Shown: positions 19,562 to 29,868 of the stretch, piece after piece
Position numbering within the stretch: position 1 is the stretch's first letter
Layout of the letters: the number at the start of each line of letters is the position of its first letter
NCBI GenBank assembly: GCA_051745145.1
Contig: JBNJDT010000005.1
Span: 1,096-65,095, forward strand
DNA from: Elusimicrobiota bacterium
GTDB lineage: Bacteria > CG03 > SLGR01 > JAGXOG01
Direction of reading: 5' to 3'
Length of the DNA stretch: 64,000 nucleotides
Program-made: the position numbers and the translations under genes
Notes under the pieces: model-generated
Database searches by the model: none
Told to the model about the DNA's origin: nothing
Seen by the model: only the letters and a program-made list of their open reading frames with translations

Positions 19562-21829
19562 ATGAATATACTAAGTAAATACAAATACAGGATTTTATTT
19601 CTGTTATTAACCGTGATAACCGTAACTTTCTCGCCCGTTTTTTCTGCCAATATAATAGAAAAAATTGAGATTAGGGGTAATAAAAATGTACCTACCGAAG
19701 ATATCTATAGTAATTTAACTATTCAAGAGGGGGATGAGTACCAGCAGGAAAAGGTAAGTGAAGATTTAACGAATTTATACGGCATGAAAGAGTTGGAAGA
19801 TGTATCCATTTTACAAGAGACAGTTTCTACCGGAAGTATAAAAATTATTTATGAAGTAACCGAAAGACCTTTAGTTAACGAAATAATATTTAAGGGAAAC
19901 GAAAAGTTATCAACTGGGGATTTAAAGAAAAAGATTGAAATCAGTAAGAAAGATTTTTTTGATAATCTTGTTATGGAAGAAGATGTACAAAAACTGGTAA
20001 GTTATTATAAATCTAAAGGATTTGCCGATGTTGAGGTAGAAGCGTATACCACCACTAAAGAAGCTGAAAACAAGGTTGCGGTTACTTACTTTATTAATGA
20101 GGGCAAAAAAATAGAGATTAAAGAGCTTAACTTTATCGGGGTTATAGAAGGGGATTATAAAAAGGTAAGTAAGGAAGTAGACCTTGACGAAGGCGATATA
20201 TTCAAGTCAGATGTCCTTGAAGAGGGATTACAGAAGATAGAAGCTTATTATAAAGATAACGGTTATTTTAATGTTAATGTACACCAGCCTTTAATAACCT
20301 ATAGCCCGGAAAGAAAATTTATGCATATAACGATATTTATTGATGAAAACAAGAAATTTTATATGTCTGATATAAATTTTATAGGTAATATACAATTAAC
20401 GGATGAAGAGTTGTCTGAAATTATAGAGATAGAAAAAGGGGATATCTATTCAGAGAAAAAGCTGGAAAGAAGTATCCAAAAGATACAGCAGAGTTACGGA
20501 GAAAAGGGGTATATTAAGGCTGCCGTAAAACCGGAATTTTCATTTTCCAGAAAAGAAAATAAGATTTCGGTTGATATAGAGATAAGAGAAGGGCCAAAAG
20601 TATTTGTTAGAAATATTTATTTAGAAGGTAATCTCAAAACCAGGGATTATGTAATAGAGAGAGAATTAAAAATTCACGAGGGTGAGCCATTTGAACTAAG
20701 TAAAGTTAGAAAAACTCAGGCGGAAATATATAAACTCGGTTTTTTTAAAGATATTCAGATTGATATGTTGCCTGCCAATAGCCCCGATCAGACAGACATA
20801 GTCTTTAAAATGGAAGAACAGAAAACGGGAACGGCCAGTATAGGGGCCGGGTATTCCACTCAGGATTCACTGGTGGGAAATTTACAGATATCTCAGGATA
20901 ATTTGATGGGCCGGGGTCAAAAATTATCAGCTATGTGGGAATTTGGCTCTGAAAAACAGGATTACAGGATAAGATTTAGTGAGCCTTATCTTTTTAATAC
21001 CCGCACGCCTTTTAGCGTAAGCGTGTATAATACACAGACAAGAAAATATTATTCTATTGATGATAACCGGCAAAGTTATAATGAGCGCCGCCGCGGGGGG
21101 GATTTAAGTTTTGGTCGGCATTTTACAGATGATTTCAGTTCGTCTTTAAAGTATTCTCTTGAACAGGTGGAAAATTATGACCTTGATGGTCTGGAAGATA
21201 TAATTTCGGATAAAGCTGAAACCGTATCCAGTATTACCCCGGGTTTAACTTATGATACCCGGGATTATCCTTTTAATCCCCGTAAGGGAAGTTATCTTTC
21301 GTTTACCAATCAGATAGCGGGAGGAATTTTAGGAGGTTCAGCAAATTTCAATAAATTTGAGTCTAAAACTACATATTTTCAGTCTATTTTTTGGAAATTC
21401 ACCGGCGTTATAAATTTTAATACGGGAGCCTTATCCAGGTATTCAAATACTTCTGTTCCGGATTATGAAAGATTTTATATAGGGGGAGCGGAGTCGGTAA
21501 GGGGGTATGAATACTGGGATGATATAGGCCCTCCAGGCGGCGGAAAATACAAACTGGTTGGGAATGCAGAAATTAAATTTCCTATAATTTCTGAAAGGGG
21601 TCAGACCGTTTTGCAGGGAGCGATTTTTTACGATATAGGGGGAGTGTGGAATTCTGTAGAAGGCATAAATTTAACTCACGGAGTTGGAAAAGATGATATA
21701 AAGCGGGGTATTGGAGCTGGTATACGTTTTAAAACCCGCGCCTTTCCCATAAGGCTGGACTGGGGATACGGATTGGATAAAAAGCCCAGAGAAGGGCAGT
21801 GGTATTTCACACTGGGCGACATATTTTAA
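19562..21829 (+). CDS. bamA: Outer membrane protein assembly factor BamA (Omp85)
   Basis: Signal peptide, repeated POTRA-like segments, and a C-terminal beta-barrel ending in an aromatic residue (…WYFTLGDIF). 755 aa. Confidence 0.9.
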   Translation: MNILSKYKYRILFLLLTVITVTFSPVFSANIIEKIEIRGNKNVPTEDIYSNLTIQEGDEYQQEKVSEDLTNLYGMKELEDVSILQETVSTGSIKIIYEVTERPLVNEIIFKGNEKLSTGDLKKKIEISKKDFFDNLVMEEDVQKLVSYYKSKGFADVEVEAYTTTKEAENKVAVTYFINEGKKIEIKELNFIGVIEGDYKKVSKEVDLDEGDIFKSDVLEEGLQKIEAYYKDNGYFNVNVHQPLITYSPERKFMHITIFIDENKKFYMSDINFIGNIQLTDEELSEIIEIEKGDIYSEKKLERSIQKIQQSYGEKGYIKAAVKPEFSFSRKENKISVDIEIREGPKVFVRNIYLEGNLKTRDYVIERELKIHEGEPFELSKVRKTQAEIYKLGFFKDIQIDMLPANSPDQTDIVFKMEEQKTGTASIGAGYSTQDSLVGNLQISQDNLMGRGQKLSAMWEFGSEKQDYRIRFSEPYLFNTRTPFSVSVYNTQTRKYYSIDDNRQSYNERRRGGDLSFGRHFTDDFSSSLKYSLEQVENYDLDGLEDIISDKAETVSSITPGLTYDTRDYPFNPRKGSYLSFTNQIAGGILGGSANFNKFESKTTYFQSIFWKFTGVINFNTGALSRYSNTSVPDYERFYIGGAESVRGYEYWDDIGPPGGGKYKLVGNAEIKFPIISERGQTVLQGAIFYDIGGVWNSVEGINLTHGVGKDDIKRGIGAGIRFKTRAFPIRLDWGYGLDKKPREGQWYFTLGDIF

Positions 21830-21900
21830 AATAATATAATTCATATTATCACGGTATTATTCACTGCGACGAAGCTTAAGATGAAAACAAAGAAAAAATA

Positions 21901-22437
21901 ATGAAAAGCAACAAAACATTAATAAAATTTATTCTGGGAATTTCACTGGTATTAGGGGGGTATTCAACGGCTGAGGCAATGAAGTTAACCCCCAGTCGCG
22001 TGGCTTATGTGAAGGTGGAAAAAGTTTTTAATGAATTAAAGAGAGTTCACAAGGCGAAAGATTCCCTGCAAAACCTTATTGATGATAAAAAAGATAAAAT
22101 AGAAGAAACTGAAGATGCAATTGAAGATGTAACTAAAAAATTAGATAATCAGAACGATGAACTTTCCGAGGAGGAAATTGAGAATTTCGAAAAATCATTA
22201 GACGAAAAACGGGAAGATTTGAAAAAATTAAAGCTGGACAGCAAAAAAATTATAGAAGAGGAAGAGGAAAAATTAAGACACAATATAATGGGGGAGATAT
22301 ACGACACTATAAAAAGAGTGGCCGAAGAAAGTGATTATACCGTAATATTAAATAAAGATATGGTTCTTTTTTCTGTGGATAAACAGGTTGATATAACCGA
22401 TAAAATTATAAGAGAGATGGATAAAAATTATGAATAG
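21901..22437 (+). CDS. skp: Periplasmic chaperone Skp (OmpH)
   Basis: Signal peptide followed by a charged coiled-coil body, 178 aa. Sits between bamA and lpxD. Confidence 0.8.
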   Translation: MKSNKTLIKFILGISLVLGGYSTAEAMKLTPSRVAYVKVEKVFNELKRVHKAKDSLQNLIDDKKDKIEETEDAIEDVTKKLDNQNDELSEEEIENFEKSLDEKREDLKKLKLDSKKIIEEEEEKLRHNIMGEIYDTIKRVAEESDYTVILNKDMVLFSVDKQVDITDKIIREMDKNYE

Positions 22438-23458
22438 TATAACCCTAGATAAAATAGCTGAATTAATTGGCGGTGAATTAAACGGCGATAAAAAAGAAAG
22501 GATTTCCAGTGCTAATACTATCCAGGAAGCCACCGCCGGAGAGATAACGTTTTTAGCGAATCACAAATATAAAAAATGGTTAAAGAAGACCACCGCTTCA
22601 TGTGTTATTGTAGACCGGAATATAGATATTAATGATTTGGATAGTTATATAAGAGTTGACAATCCGGTTAAAGCATTTCGCCAGGTAATTGAAAAAATTT
22701 ATGAAGAAGAAAAAAAGTTACCGTTTTCGGGAATAAGTGAGCAGGCTGGTATAGGTTCTGATGTAAAGTTGGCGGACGATGTCCATATTGATAGATTTAC
22801 AGTTATAGAAGATAGTGCGAAGATAGGAAAGGGCAGTGCTGTATATGCTAACTGTTATATAGGTAAAGGTGTGCATATAGGGGAAAATTGCATTATATAT
22901 CCGGGGGTAAAAATTATGGAAGGCGTTAATTTGGGGGATAATGTAATAATCCATTCCGGATCGGTTATAGGGGATGACGGATTCGGGTATTCTACTGAAA
23001 ACGGAAAACATATAAAAGTTCCTCAGGTGGGGGGGGTAAAGATAGGTGACCGGGTAGAGATAGGCTCCAATGTCTCTATTGACAGTGGTTCACCCGGAGA
23101 TACAGTTATAGATGAGGGGACAAAGATTGATAATTTAGTTCAAATTGCCCATAATGTCAAAATAGGTAAAAACTGTTTAATTATTGCCCAGGTGGGTATA
23201 GCCGGCTCTACAGTTATAGGCGACAGTGCAGTACTTGCCGGTCAGGCGGGTGTTGTCGGACATATAAAAGTGGGAAAAGGTGCCCAGGTGGGTGCTCAGG
23301 CTGGTGTTACTCGCGATATTGAACCCGGTCAGGCAGTTTCCGGTTATCCGGCAACTGACCACAAAGAAGCTAGAAAAAAATATGTATTAATGAAAAAACT
23401 TCCTCAGCTTTATAATAAAGTTGAAAAAATAGCTAAAAAAATAGAAAATGCCGAATAA
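22430..23458 (+). CDS. lpxD: UDP-3-O-(3-hydroxyacyl)glucosamine N-acyltransferase
   Basis: LpxD-type N-terminal domain followed by extensive hexapeptide (left-handed beta-helix) repeats. 342 aa. Confidence 0.9.
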   Translation: MNSITLDKIAELIGGELNGDKKERISSANTIQEATAGEITFLANHKYKKWLKKTTASCVIVDRNIDINDLDSYIRVDNPVKAFRQVIEKIYEEEKKLPFSGISEQAGIGSDVKLADDVHIDRFTVIEDSAKIGKGSAVYANCYIGKGVHIGENCIIYPGVKIMEGVNLGDNVIIHSGSVIGDDGFGYSTENGKHIKVPQVGGVKIGDRVEIGSNVSIDSGSPGDTVIDEGTKIDNLVQIAHNVKIGKNCLIIAQVGIAGSTVIGDSAVLAGQAGVVGHIKVGKGAQVGAQAGVTRDIEPGQAVSGYPATDHKEARKKYVLMKKLPQLYNKVEKIAKKIENAE

Positions 23459-24737
23459 TAAACCTCAGTGTACTATAGCTGAGGAAATTAATCTTTCCGG
23501 AATCGGAATACATACCGGGAAAGAGGCGAATGTAACTTTAAAACCGGCGGATGTCAATTGTGGGGTTAAATTTGTAAGAGTTGATCTTAAGGACAGTCCA
23601 CCGATACCTGCTCAGATTGAATATGTTACCGGAGTTATGCGGGGTACAACTTTGGAGAACGGCAAGGCGAAAGTTCAAACTGTTGAGCATTTATTAGCTT
23701 CTCTTTATGGCCTGGGGATAGATAATTTGACTGTGGAAATAGATAAGAGTGAGATGCCCGTAGGGGACGGGAGCGCAAAGATTTTTGTTGAAAGTATCCA
23801 AAAAGCCGGAATAAAAAAACAGGAAGCTTCAAAAAAATATTTTCAGCCGGAAGAACCGGTATCAATTTCTGCCGGGTCGGCGGATATAATAGCTTTTCCC
23901 TCCGATAATTTAACAATAAGTTCGGTGATCTATTACGGTGATAATGTGCTGGGAAGTCAATATAAAAAGCTGGATATAACAGAAGAAAATTTTATAAATG
24001 AAATAGCCTCTGCCCGGACTTATTGTTTTGAAGAAGAAATTGAATTAATAAAAGAGAAGGGGCTGGGAAAAGGGGGAAATGAAAATAACACTATAGTAAT
24101 AGGTAACGAAGAGATAAAAAATACAAAATTGCGGTTTAAAGATGAATTTGTCCGCCATAAGCTTTTAGATTTTTTAGGAGATCTTTATTTGTTGGGTTGT
24201 AATTTAAAAGCCAGGGTTATAGCAATTCGATGCGGACACAATTCTAATATACAGTTTACCAGAAAATTAAAAGAAAAGATGGATAAAAGTTCGCGGTCGA
24301 CCGGCAAGGTTTTGAATGTAGATCAACTTAAAGAAATTTTACCCCATAGATATCCGTTTTTACTGGTGGATAAAATAGAAGTGGGAGATTCTATGAAAAC
24401 CGCAATAGGTTATAAAAATATTACTATTGACGAACCGGTTTTTAAAGGCCATTATCCGGAAGAGGCGGTTTTCCCTCCGGCTTTAATAATTGAATTTATG
24501 GCTCAGTCGTCTGCGGTAATGCTTCTTACCAAGCCGGAAGTGAAAAATAAGCTGGCTTATTTTATAATAATTGATAAAGTTAAATTTTACGGGGATGTAA
24601 AACCTATGGATGTTTTAAAATCTGAGGTAGAGTTAATAAGAGCCCGTTCAAAAGGCGGAAAAGTGAGAGGAGAAACTTTTGTGGGAGATCGTAAAGTTGC
24701 TCAAGCGGAATTTATGTTTACTTTAGTGGAAAAATAA
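23448..24737 (+). CDS. lpxC/fabZ: Bifunctional UDP-3-O-acyl-GlcNAc deacetylase / 3-hydroxyacyl-ACP dehydratase (LpxC-FabZ fusion)
   Basis: N-terminal ~290 aa are LpxC-like (EHLLASLYGLGIDNLTVEI, HKLLDFLGDLYL). C-terminal ~140 aa are FabZ hot-dog (LPHRYPFLLVDKI, GHYP). Confidence 0.9.
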   Translation: MPNNKPQCTIAEEINLSGIGIHTGKEANVTLKPADVNCGVKFVRVDLKDSPPIPAQIEYVTGVMRGTTLENGKAKVQTVEHLLASLYGLGIDNLTVEIDKSEMPVGDGSAKIFVESIQKAGIKKQEASKKYFQPEEPVSISAGSADIIAFPSDNLTISSVIYYGDNVLGSQYKKLDITEENFINEIASARTYCFEEEIELIKEKGLGKGGNENNTIVIGNEEIKNTKLRFKDEFVRHKLLDFLGDLYLLGCNLKARVIAIRCGHNSNIQFTRKLKEKMDKSSRSTGKVLNVDQLKEILPHRYPFLLVDKIEVGDSMKTAIGYKNITIDEPVFKGHYPEEAVFPPALIIEFMAQSSAVMLLTKPEVKNKLAYFIIIDKVKFYGDVKPMDVLKSEVELIRARSKGGKVRGETFVGDRKVAQAEFMFTLVEK

Positions 24738-24738
24738 A

Positions 24739-25524
24739 ATGTCTGAAAATTTAATTCATTCTACAGCAGTATTGGAAGGGGATATAGACCTGGGGAATAA
24801 TGTCCAGATTGGCCCTTTTTGCCTGATAAGGGGGAATATCAGTATCGGGGATAATACAACTATTGACGCCCGGACCGTAGTTGAGGGAAATACGGTTATA
24901 GGTAAAAATAATAATATAGGGATTGGAGCAGTAATCGGAAATCCTCCTCAGGATTTAAAGTATGACGGAGAGCCTACCAGAGTGGTAATAGGGGACAGTA
25001 ATAATATCCGGGAATATGTCACAATAAACCGGGGAACTGAGGCGACCGGAACCACTAGATTGGGAGATGAGAACTTATTAATGTCCTATGTCCATATAGC
25101 GCATGATTGCCATATAGAAGATGAAGTAATTTTTGCCAATTGTGCAACTTTAGGAGGACATATAAATATTGAAAGTAAAGTGGTTATAGGGGGAATGACG
25201 GCGATTCATCAGTTTACAAAGATAGGAAAGATAGCTATGATTGGCGGGGCCTCCCGGGTAACTAAAGATATTCCGCCGTTTTGTAGAGTTGCAGGCAATC
25301 CCCTTAAATTATTTGGTTTAAACAGTATAGGTTTAAAGCGCAGAGATTTTTCGTCAAATGAGAGATCTAACCTCAAGTCGGCCTATAAAATACTTTTTAA
25401 TGAAGGATTGAATACCACCCAGGCTCTGGAAAAATTAAAGAATACTCCTAATCTGGATTCAGAACACGTAGAGCATCTGATAGAATTTATAGAAAAGTCC
25501 GATCGGGGAATAATTAAAGAATAA
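24739..25524 (+). CDS. lpxA: Acyl-ACP--UDP-GlcNAc O-acyltransferase
   Basis: Hexapeptide repeats plus an LpxA-type C-terminal helical domain. 261 aa. Confidence 0.9.
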   Translation: MSENLIHSTAVLEGDIDLGNNVQIGPFCLIRGNISIGDNTTIDARTVVEGNTVIGKNNNIGIGAVIGNPPQDLKYDGEPTRVVIGDSNNIREYVTINRGTEATGTTRLGDENLLMSYVHIAHDCHIEDEVIFANCATLGGHINIESKVVIGGMTAIHQFTKIGKIAMIGGASRVTKDIPPFCRVAGNPLKLFGLNSIGLKRRDFSSNERSNLKSAYKILFNEGLNTTQALEKLKNTPNLDSEHVEHLIEFIEKSDRGIIKE

Positions 25525-25525
25525 G

Positions 25526-27292
25526 TTGAAAAATAAAAAGATAATAAAAAGACTGTATAGATATGTAAAACCGTATCGCAGCCGGTTTATCATAGCGTTT
25601 ATAAGTTTAGTTATTGTAGGGGGGTTAACTCCTTCATTGATTGCTATTGTGAAACCGGTTATGGACGGTATATTTACTGCCCAGGAGAAAGTTCTAATTC
25701 CGGTTATAAATTACCAGCTTCCCCGGGAAAATGTCCTTTATTATCTGGCTGTAATAATAATAATTCTGACAGTTTTAAAGGGGATATTTACTTTTCTTTC
25801 CAAGTATTATATGGCTTATATAGGACAGAATATTACCAAGGATTTCAGAAATAGAATATTCCGCCATTTAATGTTTTTGAGTTTAAGTTATTATTCTACA
25901 AACCCCACCGGACAGTTATTATCCCGGGTGACCAATGACGTAAAATATCTGGAGACTTCTATTGTAAAGATCCCGGCCCGACTTATCCGGGACGGTTTTC
26001 AGTTAATTTTTCTTATATTTTTAATTTTTTATACAAACTGGCAGTGGGCTATTCTTTCTATGATAGGTTTTGGGATAATAATATTTCCGGTCTCTAAATT
26101 TTCGGATATAATGAGAAAAATAGGCCGGACAGGACACCAGAGGATGGCCGATATATATGATTTTCTCTCAGAGAAAATTGCCGGCATAAGGTTAATAAAA
26201 GCCTTTTCCATGGAGAAGGAAGAACACAGGACCATGAGAAAGGTCAACAAAAAATTTGTGGATATTGTTTTAAAATCGGAAAAAATAAATGCCTTCCAGA
26301 GGGCGTTTATTGAGTTTTTAAGTAATGCCGGAGTAGTGGCAATAATTATTCTGGGGGGAAAGTCGGTTATGGCCGGGGAGATAACTCCCGGGGACTTTTT
26401 TATGTTTTTAGGGTTTCTTGTGGGAATGTATCAGCCGGCTAAACATTTTTCGAGTATAAACCAGAAACTCCAGAGGTCCTTTGCCGCTGCGGAAAGAATA
26501 TTTAAAATACTGGACCACAGAGAACACATCTTACAGGTAGAAAACCCCAAAATGCTGATCCGTTTCCGGGATAAGATAGAATTTAAAAATGTCAGTTTTG
26601 CCTATAAGGATGAGGATTATGTTCTGGAAGACCTTAATTTTGAGATAGGAAACGAAGATATAGTGGCTTTTGTCGGGCCATCGGGTGCGGGAAAGAGCAC
26701 GGCTATTAATTTGCTGCCCCGGTTTTTTGATCCTCAGAAAGGGCAAATAACAATTGACGGTATAGATTTAAAGGAATACAATATAAAATCTTTAAGAGGC
26801 AAGATGTCTATGGTAATGCAGGATATAATTTTGTTTAATATGTCGGTGAGGGAAAATATTTGCTACGGTCTGGGAGATTTTTCCCAGGAAGAAGTAGAAA
26901 AATATGCCCGGGCAGCCCATGCCCATGAATTTATACAGGAATTACCTGATGGATATGATACTATAGTGGGAGAAAGAGGGGTAATGCTGTCCGGTGGACA
27001 AAAACAGCGTATTTCAATAGCCCGGTCTTTAATAAAAGATCCCGAGATATTACTGCTGGACGAGGCCACTTCTCATCTTGATACGGAATCGGAACAGTTG
27101 GTACAAAAAGCCCTGGATAAACTTATGGAGAATAGGACCACAGTAGTTATTGCCCACCGTCTCTCTACAGTAAGAAAGGCAGATTTAATTATAGTTATAG
27201 AAGACGGCAAGATTGTAGAACGAGGCAGACACGAAGAGTTACTGAATATCCCGGGTATTTACAGAAAAATGTTTGAGATGCAGTCTCTTTAA
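25526..27292 (+). CDS. msbA: Lipid A export ABC transporter (fused permease-ATPase), MsbA-like
   Basis: Six N-terminal TM segments plus a canonical C-terminal NBD (GPSGAGKST, LSGGQKQRISIAR, LLLDEATSHLD, IAHRLST). Confidence 0.85.
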   Translation: MKNKKIIKRLYRYVKPYRSRFIIAFISLVIVGGLTPSLIAIVKPVMDGIFTAQEKVLIPVINYQLPRENVLYYLAVIIIILTVLKGIFTFLSKYYMAYIGQNITKDFRNRIFRHLMFLSLSYYSTNPTGQLLSRVTNDVKYLETSIVKIPARLIRDGFQLIFLIFLIFYTNWQWAILSMIGFGIIIFPVSKFSDIMRKIGRTGHQRMADIYDFLSEKIAGIRLIKAFSMEKEEHRTMRKVNKKFVDIVLKSEKINAFQRAFIEFLSNAGVVAIIILGGKSVMAGEITPGDFFMFLGFLVGMYQPAKHFSSINQKLQRSFAAAERIFKILDHREHILQVENPKMLIRFRDKIEFKNVSFAYKDEDYVLEDLNFEIGNEDIVAFVGPSGAGKSTAINLLPRFFDPQKGQITIDGIDLKEYNIKSLRGKMSMVMQDIILFNMSVRENICYGLGDFSQEEVEKYARAAHAHEFIQELPDGYDTIVGERGVMLSGGQKQRISIARSLIKDPEILLLDEATSHLDTESEQLVQKALDKLMENRTTVVIAHRLSTVRKADLIIVIEDGKIVERGRHEELLNIPGIYRKMFEMQSL

Positions 27293-27353
27293 TACATTTT
27301 TAAAAAGCAGCTATAAATTTTATTTTGATTATAGTAATTGTAAATTTTTAGGT

Positions 27354-27431
27354 GGCGGCATCGTCTAGCCAGGGCCAGGACACAGCCCTCTCAAGGCTGC
27401 GACACGGGTTCAAATCCCGTTGCCGCTACCA
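27354..27431 (+). tRNA. tRNA-Glu (anticodon CUC), CCA encoded
   Basis: Acceptor GGCGGCA/TGCCGCT (pair 1-72 is a G-U wobble), D-arm GTCTAGCCAGGGCCAGGAC, anticodon stem-loop CAGCC-CTCTCAA-GGCTG, T-arm ACGGG-TTCAAAT-CCCGT, then A-CCA. Confidence 0.8.
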
Positions 27432-27555
27432 ATTTTAAAATACAATTATATGATAAAATCAATATTTTTACTGTCCGAGAAATTATTCCGGGTGAAATAA
27501 ATGAAAAAAAGAAATTCTATATATTTAAATATTATGGTTAGAAAAGATTAAAAAA

Positions 27556-28713
27556 ATGTTTGCCCATTTACATTGTCATACAGTAGCTTCTTTTTCGGAT
27601 TCCACTTTATATATAAAAGACGCTGTAAAAAAAGCAGCTCTTGACGGTCAAAAAGGAATGGCTATAACCGATCACGGAGTACTTTCCCTGCCTTTTAAAT
27701 TAATAGAAGAATGTAAGAAATACGATATTATTCCGGCCGTAGGCTGCGAGTTTTATTTTGTAAACGATGCCCTTAAAACTATAAAAAATTCGGATAACCG
27801 GCGTTATCATCTTGTGCTGATGGCTAAAAATAAAGAGGGGATGTCTAATCTAATAAATTTAATAAATGTATCCTGGAAGAAGTATAATTTTAAGGACAGA
27901 AGAGGATTAATAGACTGGCGACTGCTGAAAAAATATAATAAAGGTCTTGTTGCCCTTTCCGGCTGTTACTGGAATATTATAGCCCGCACGGCAGTCAATG
28001 AAGGTTATGATGAGGCCGATAAAGTATTTGGAAAATTTAAAGATATATTCGGATCTGACTTTTACTGCGAAGTGGGCCGTCACGGAGTAAAAACTGAAGA
28101 AAAGGCCAATAAATTACTGGAAAAACTTGCATCCCGGCACAAGGTGAAAATAATTCTTACCAACGACTCTCATTATTTGGACAGTGATGATAGCCTGGCC
28201 CATGACTGTTATATAAAAAGTAGATTTTATCAGTTATCCGATTTTTCCTATGACGGGCGCGGATTTCACTTTCGCACGGAAGAGGAGATGAAAAACCTGG
28301 GCTTTCCCGACCGCTACTTAAATAATACAGTGGAAGTTCTGGAAAAGTGCCGGGCTTCCCGGGATATGTTACCCGTAGGCGGCGTGGTTCCGAAAAATTT
28401 GACCAGGGAAAATTTTAAAAAATTCATTGACCGGGGCCAGGCGGCATATGTACCAAAGATTGTTAAAGTAGAGAAAAAAAGAGCAAGGTGGATCTGTCAG
28501 AAAATGAATTGTTCTGGCCAGGTAAGTAAAAAATTAACCGGTTTATGGAGAGAGATAACTCCCAATACCCGTAAAATAGCCATAAGCTCTAAACCGGATC
28601 TTGAAAAGATCACCCCCCTTATGTACAACAATAGAAAAAGATTTTGTCAGTTTCCCGAGAGGGAATTACTTAAACAGAATGTAACAGTATTGGGTTTATC
28701 CGCAAACGGATGA
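27556..28713 (+). CDS. Stand-alone PHP-domain protein homologous to the DnaE N-terminus; possible dnaE remnant
   Basis: HLHCHT...ITDHG, GCEFY, LSGC, TNDSHYL and FRTEEEM...NTVEVLEKC align with the DnaE PHP domain up to about residue 290. The last ~70 aa are unrelated and no polymerase core follows (bioY overlaps the stop). Confidence 0.6.
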   Translation: MFAHLHCHTVASFSDSTLYIKDAVKKAALDGQKGMAITDHGVLSLPFKLIEECKKYDIIPAVGCEFYFVNDALKTIKNSDNRRYHLVLMAKNKEGMSNLINLINVSWKKYNFKDRRGLIDWRLLKKYNKGLVALSGCYWNIIARTAVNEGYDEADKVFGKFKDIFGSDFYCEVGRHGVKTEEKANKLLEKLASRHKVKIILTNDSHYLDSDDSLAHDCYIKSRFYQLSDFSYDGRGFHFRTEEEMKNLGFPDRYLNNTVEVLEKCRASRDMLPVGGVVPKNLTRENFKKFIDRGQAAYVPKIVKVEKKRARWICQKMNCSGQVSKKLTGLWREITPNTRKIAISSKPDLEKITPLMYNNRKRFCQFPERELLKQNVTVLGLSANG

Positions 28714-29234
28714 AGAGTGTAAAGGGACTGGTATATACAGCTTTATTTGCCGTACTTACCGGTATCGGAGCACTGGTTATTATCCCGGCAGGACCGGTTC
28801 CCATAACTTTACAGACCCTTTTTTGCCTGCTTGCCGGAGCTATTCTTGGAAAAAAATTTGGTCCGGCCAGCCAGGTAATGTATGTATTGCTGGGAATAGT
28901 CGGTATACCCGTTTTTTCGGGAGGGGGGAGCGGTCTGGGAACTCTCTTTGGACCGACCGGCGGATATGTGATGGCATTTATTCCGGCTTCGTATATTACC
29001 GGATTACTTACCCAAAAAAACATGCTTATACCGGGTATGATACTGGCTACCGCTGTTATATATGCCATAGGAACAGTTCAGCTAAAATTAATTACTGGAA
29101 TATCTTTTGGAAAAGCCGTTTTAACGGGGGTAGTTCCTTTTATTCCGGGTGATATTCTGAAAATAACAGCCGGCGCGGGAGTGTATAAGTATCTGGATAA
29201 GATTGGTTTTACCCTTACCGGGGATAAGTTTTGA
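28710..29234 (+). CDS. bioY: Biotin transporter BioY (ECF-type S component)
   Basis: 174-aa polytopic membrane protein with BioY-like motifs (PITLQTLFCLLAGAILG, GGYVMAFIPAS). Confidence 0.85.
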   Translation: MKSVKGLVYTALFAVLTGIGALVIIPAGPVPITLQTLFCLLAGAILGKKFGPASQVMYVLLGIVGIPVFSGGGSGLGTLFGPTGGYVMAFIPASYITGLLTQKNMLIPGMILATAVIYAIGTVQLKLITGISFGKAVLTGVVPFIPGDILKITAGAGVYKYLDKIGFTLTGDKF

Positions 29235-29285
29235 ATTATAAAATCTGGCAGTTGTTGATATGAAAATTACAATAAGTAAAAAACA

Positions 29286-29792
29286 ATGAATATTTTGTAC
29301 ACCGTAATAGTATTAATATTTGGTTTAGTCGGTATATTGATGGTTTTATCGGGCCTCCCCGGAACAATAGTTACCTGGATAGGTATATTTTTAACTGCCT
29401 TGATAAACGGTTTTGAAGTTATAGATATCTCTCTTTTAATAATTTTTTTAGGAATAATTATCTTAGGCGAAGTGCTGGAGTTTGTAAGCGGCATGCTCGG
29501 AGCTAAAAAATTCGGCGGTTCGAGAAAAGGAAGTGCCGGGGCTATAATCGGGGGGCTGGTTGGCACTGTCTTTTTTACAACTATTGCTCCAGGCATTGGT
29601 ACCCTAATAGGTATTATAGTAGGGACCTTCGGGGGAGCATTTATAGGTGAATATATAGAGGGAAAAGAGGTTTTGAAAGCCGGCCGCGCGGGATGGGGAG
29701 CGTTTCTGGGTAGAGTAGCGGCTATGGGAATAAAAATACTTATTATTTTAGTTATGGGAGCCTGGGCCCTCTCCCGTTATTTTTATATATAA
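29286..29792 (+). CDS. DUF456-family small membrane protein
   Basis: 168 aa and highly hydrophobic, with the GLPGTIVTWIGIF motif. Confidence 0.5.
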   Translation: MNILYTVIVLIFGLVGILMVLSGLPGTIVTWIGIFLTALINGFEVIDISLLIIFLGIIILGEVLEFVSGMLGAKKFGGSRKGSAGAIIGGLVGTVFFTTIAPGIGTLIGIIVGTFGGAFIGEYIEGKEVLKAGRAGWGAFLGRVAAMGIKILIILVMGAWALSRYFYI

Positions 29793-29868
29793 TTACAAAA
29801 GGCAAAAATTTTGTAATGCCGGAAACTGGTTATAGGATATCTATTACGGAAAGTTTTTGGGAAAAGTT

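Noticed and set aside
18242-27431. tRNA genes (Glu, Val, Glu) as possible integration sites of mobile elements or islands
   Set aside because: There is no integrase, recombinase or direct repeat of the tRNA 3' end nearby. The flanking genes are core envelope and housekeeping genes.
28670-29152. Alternative-frame ORFs overlapping bioY (132 aa minus strand, 109 aa plus strand)
   Set aside because: BioY has clear family motifs in the annotated frame. The others are Gly/Pro-rich frame artefacts.
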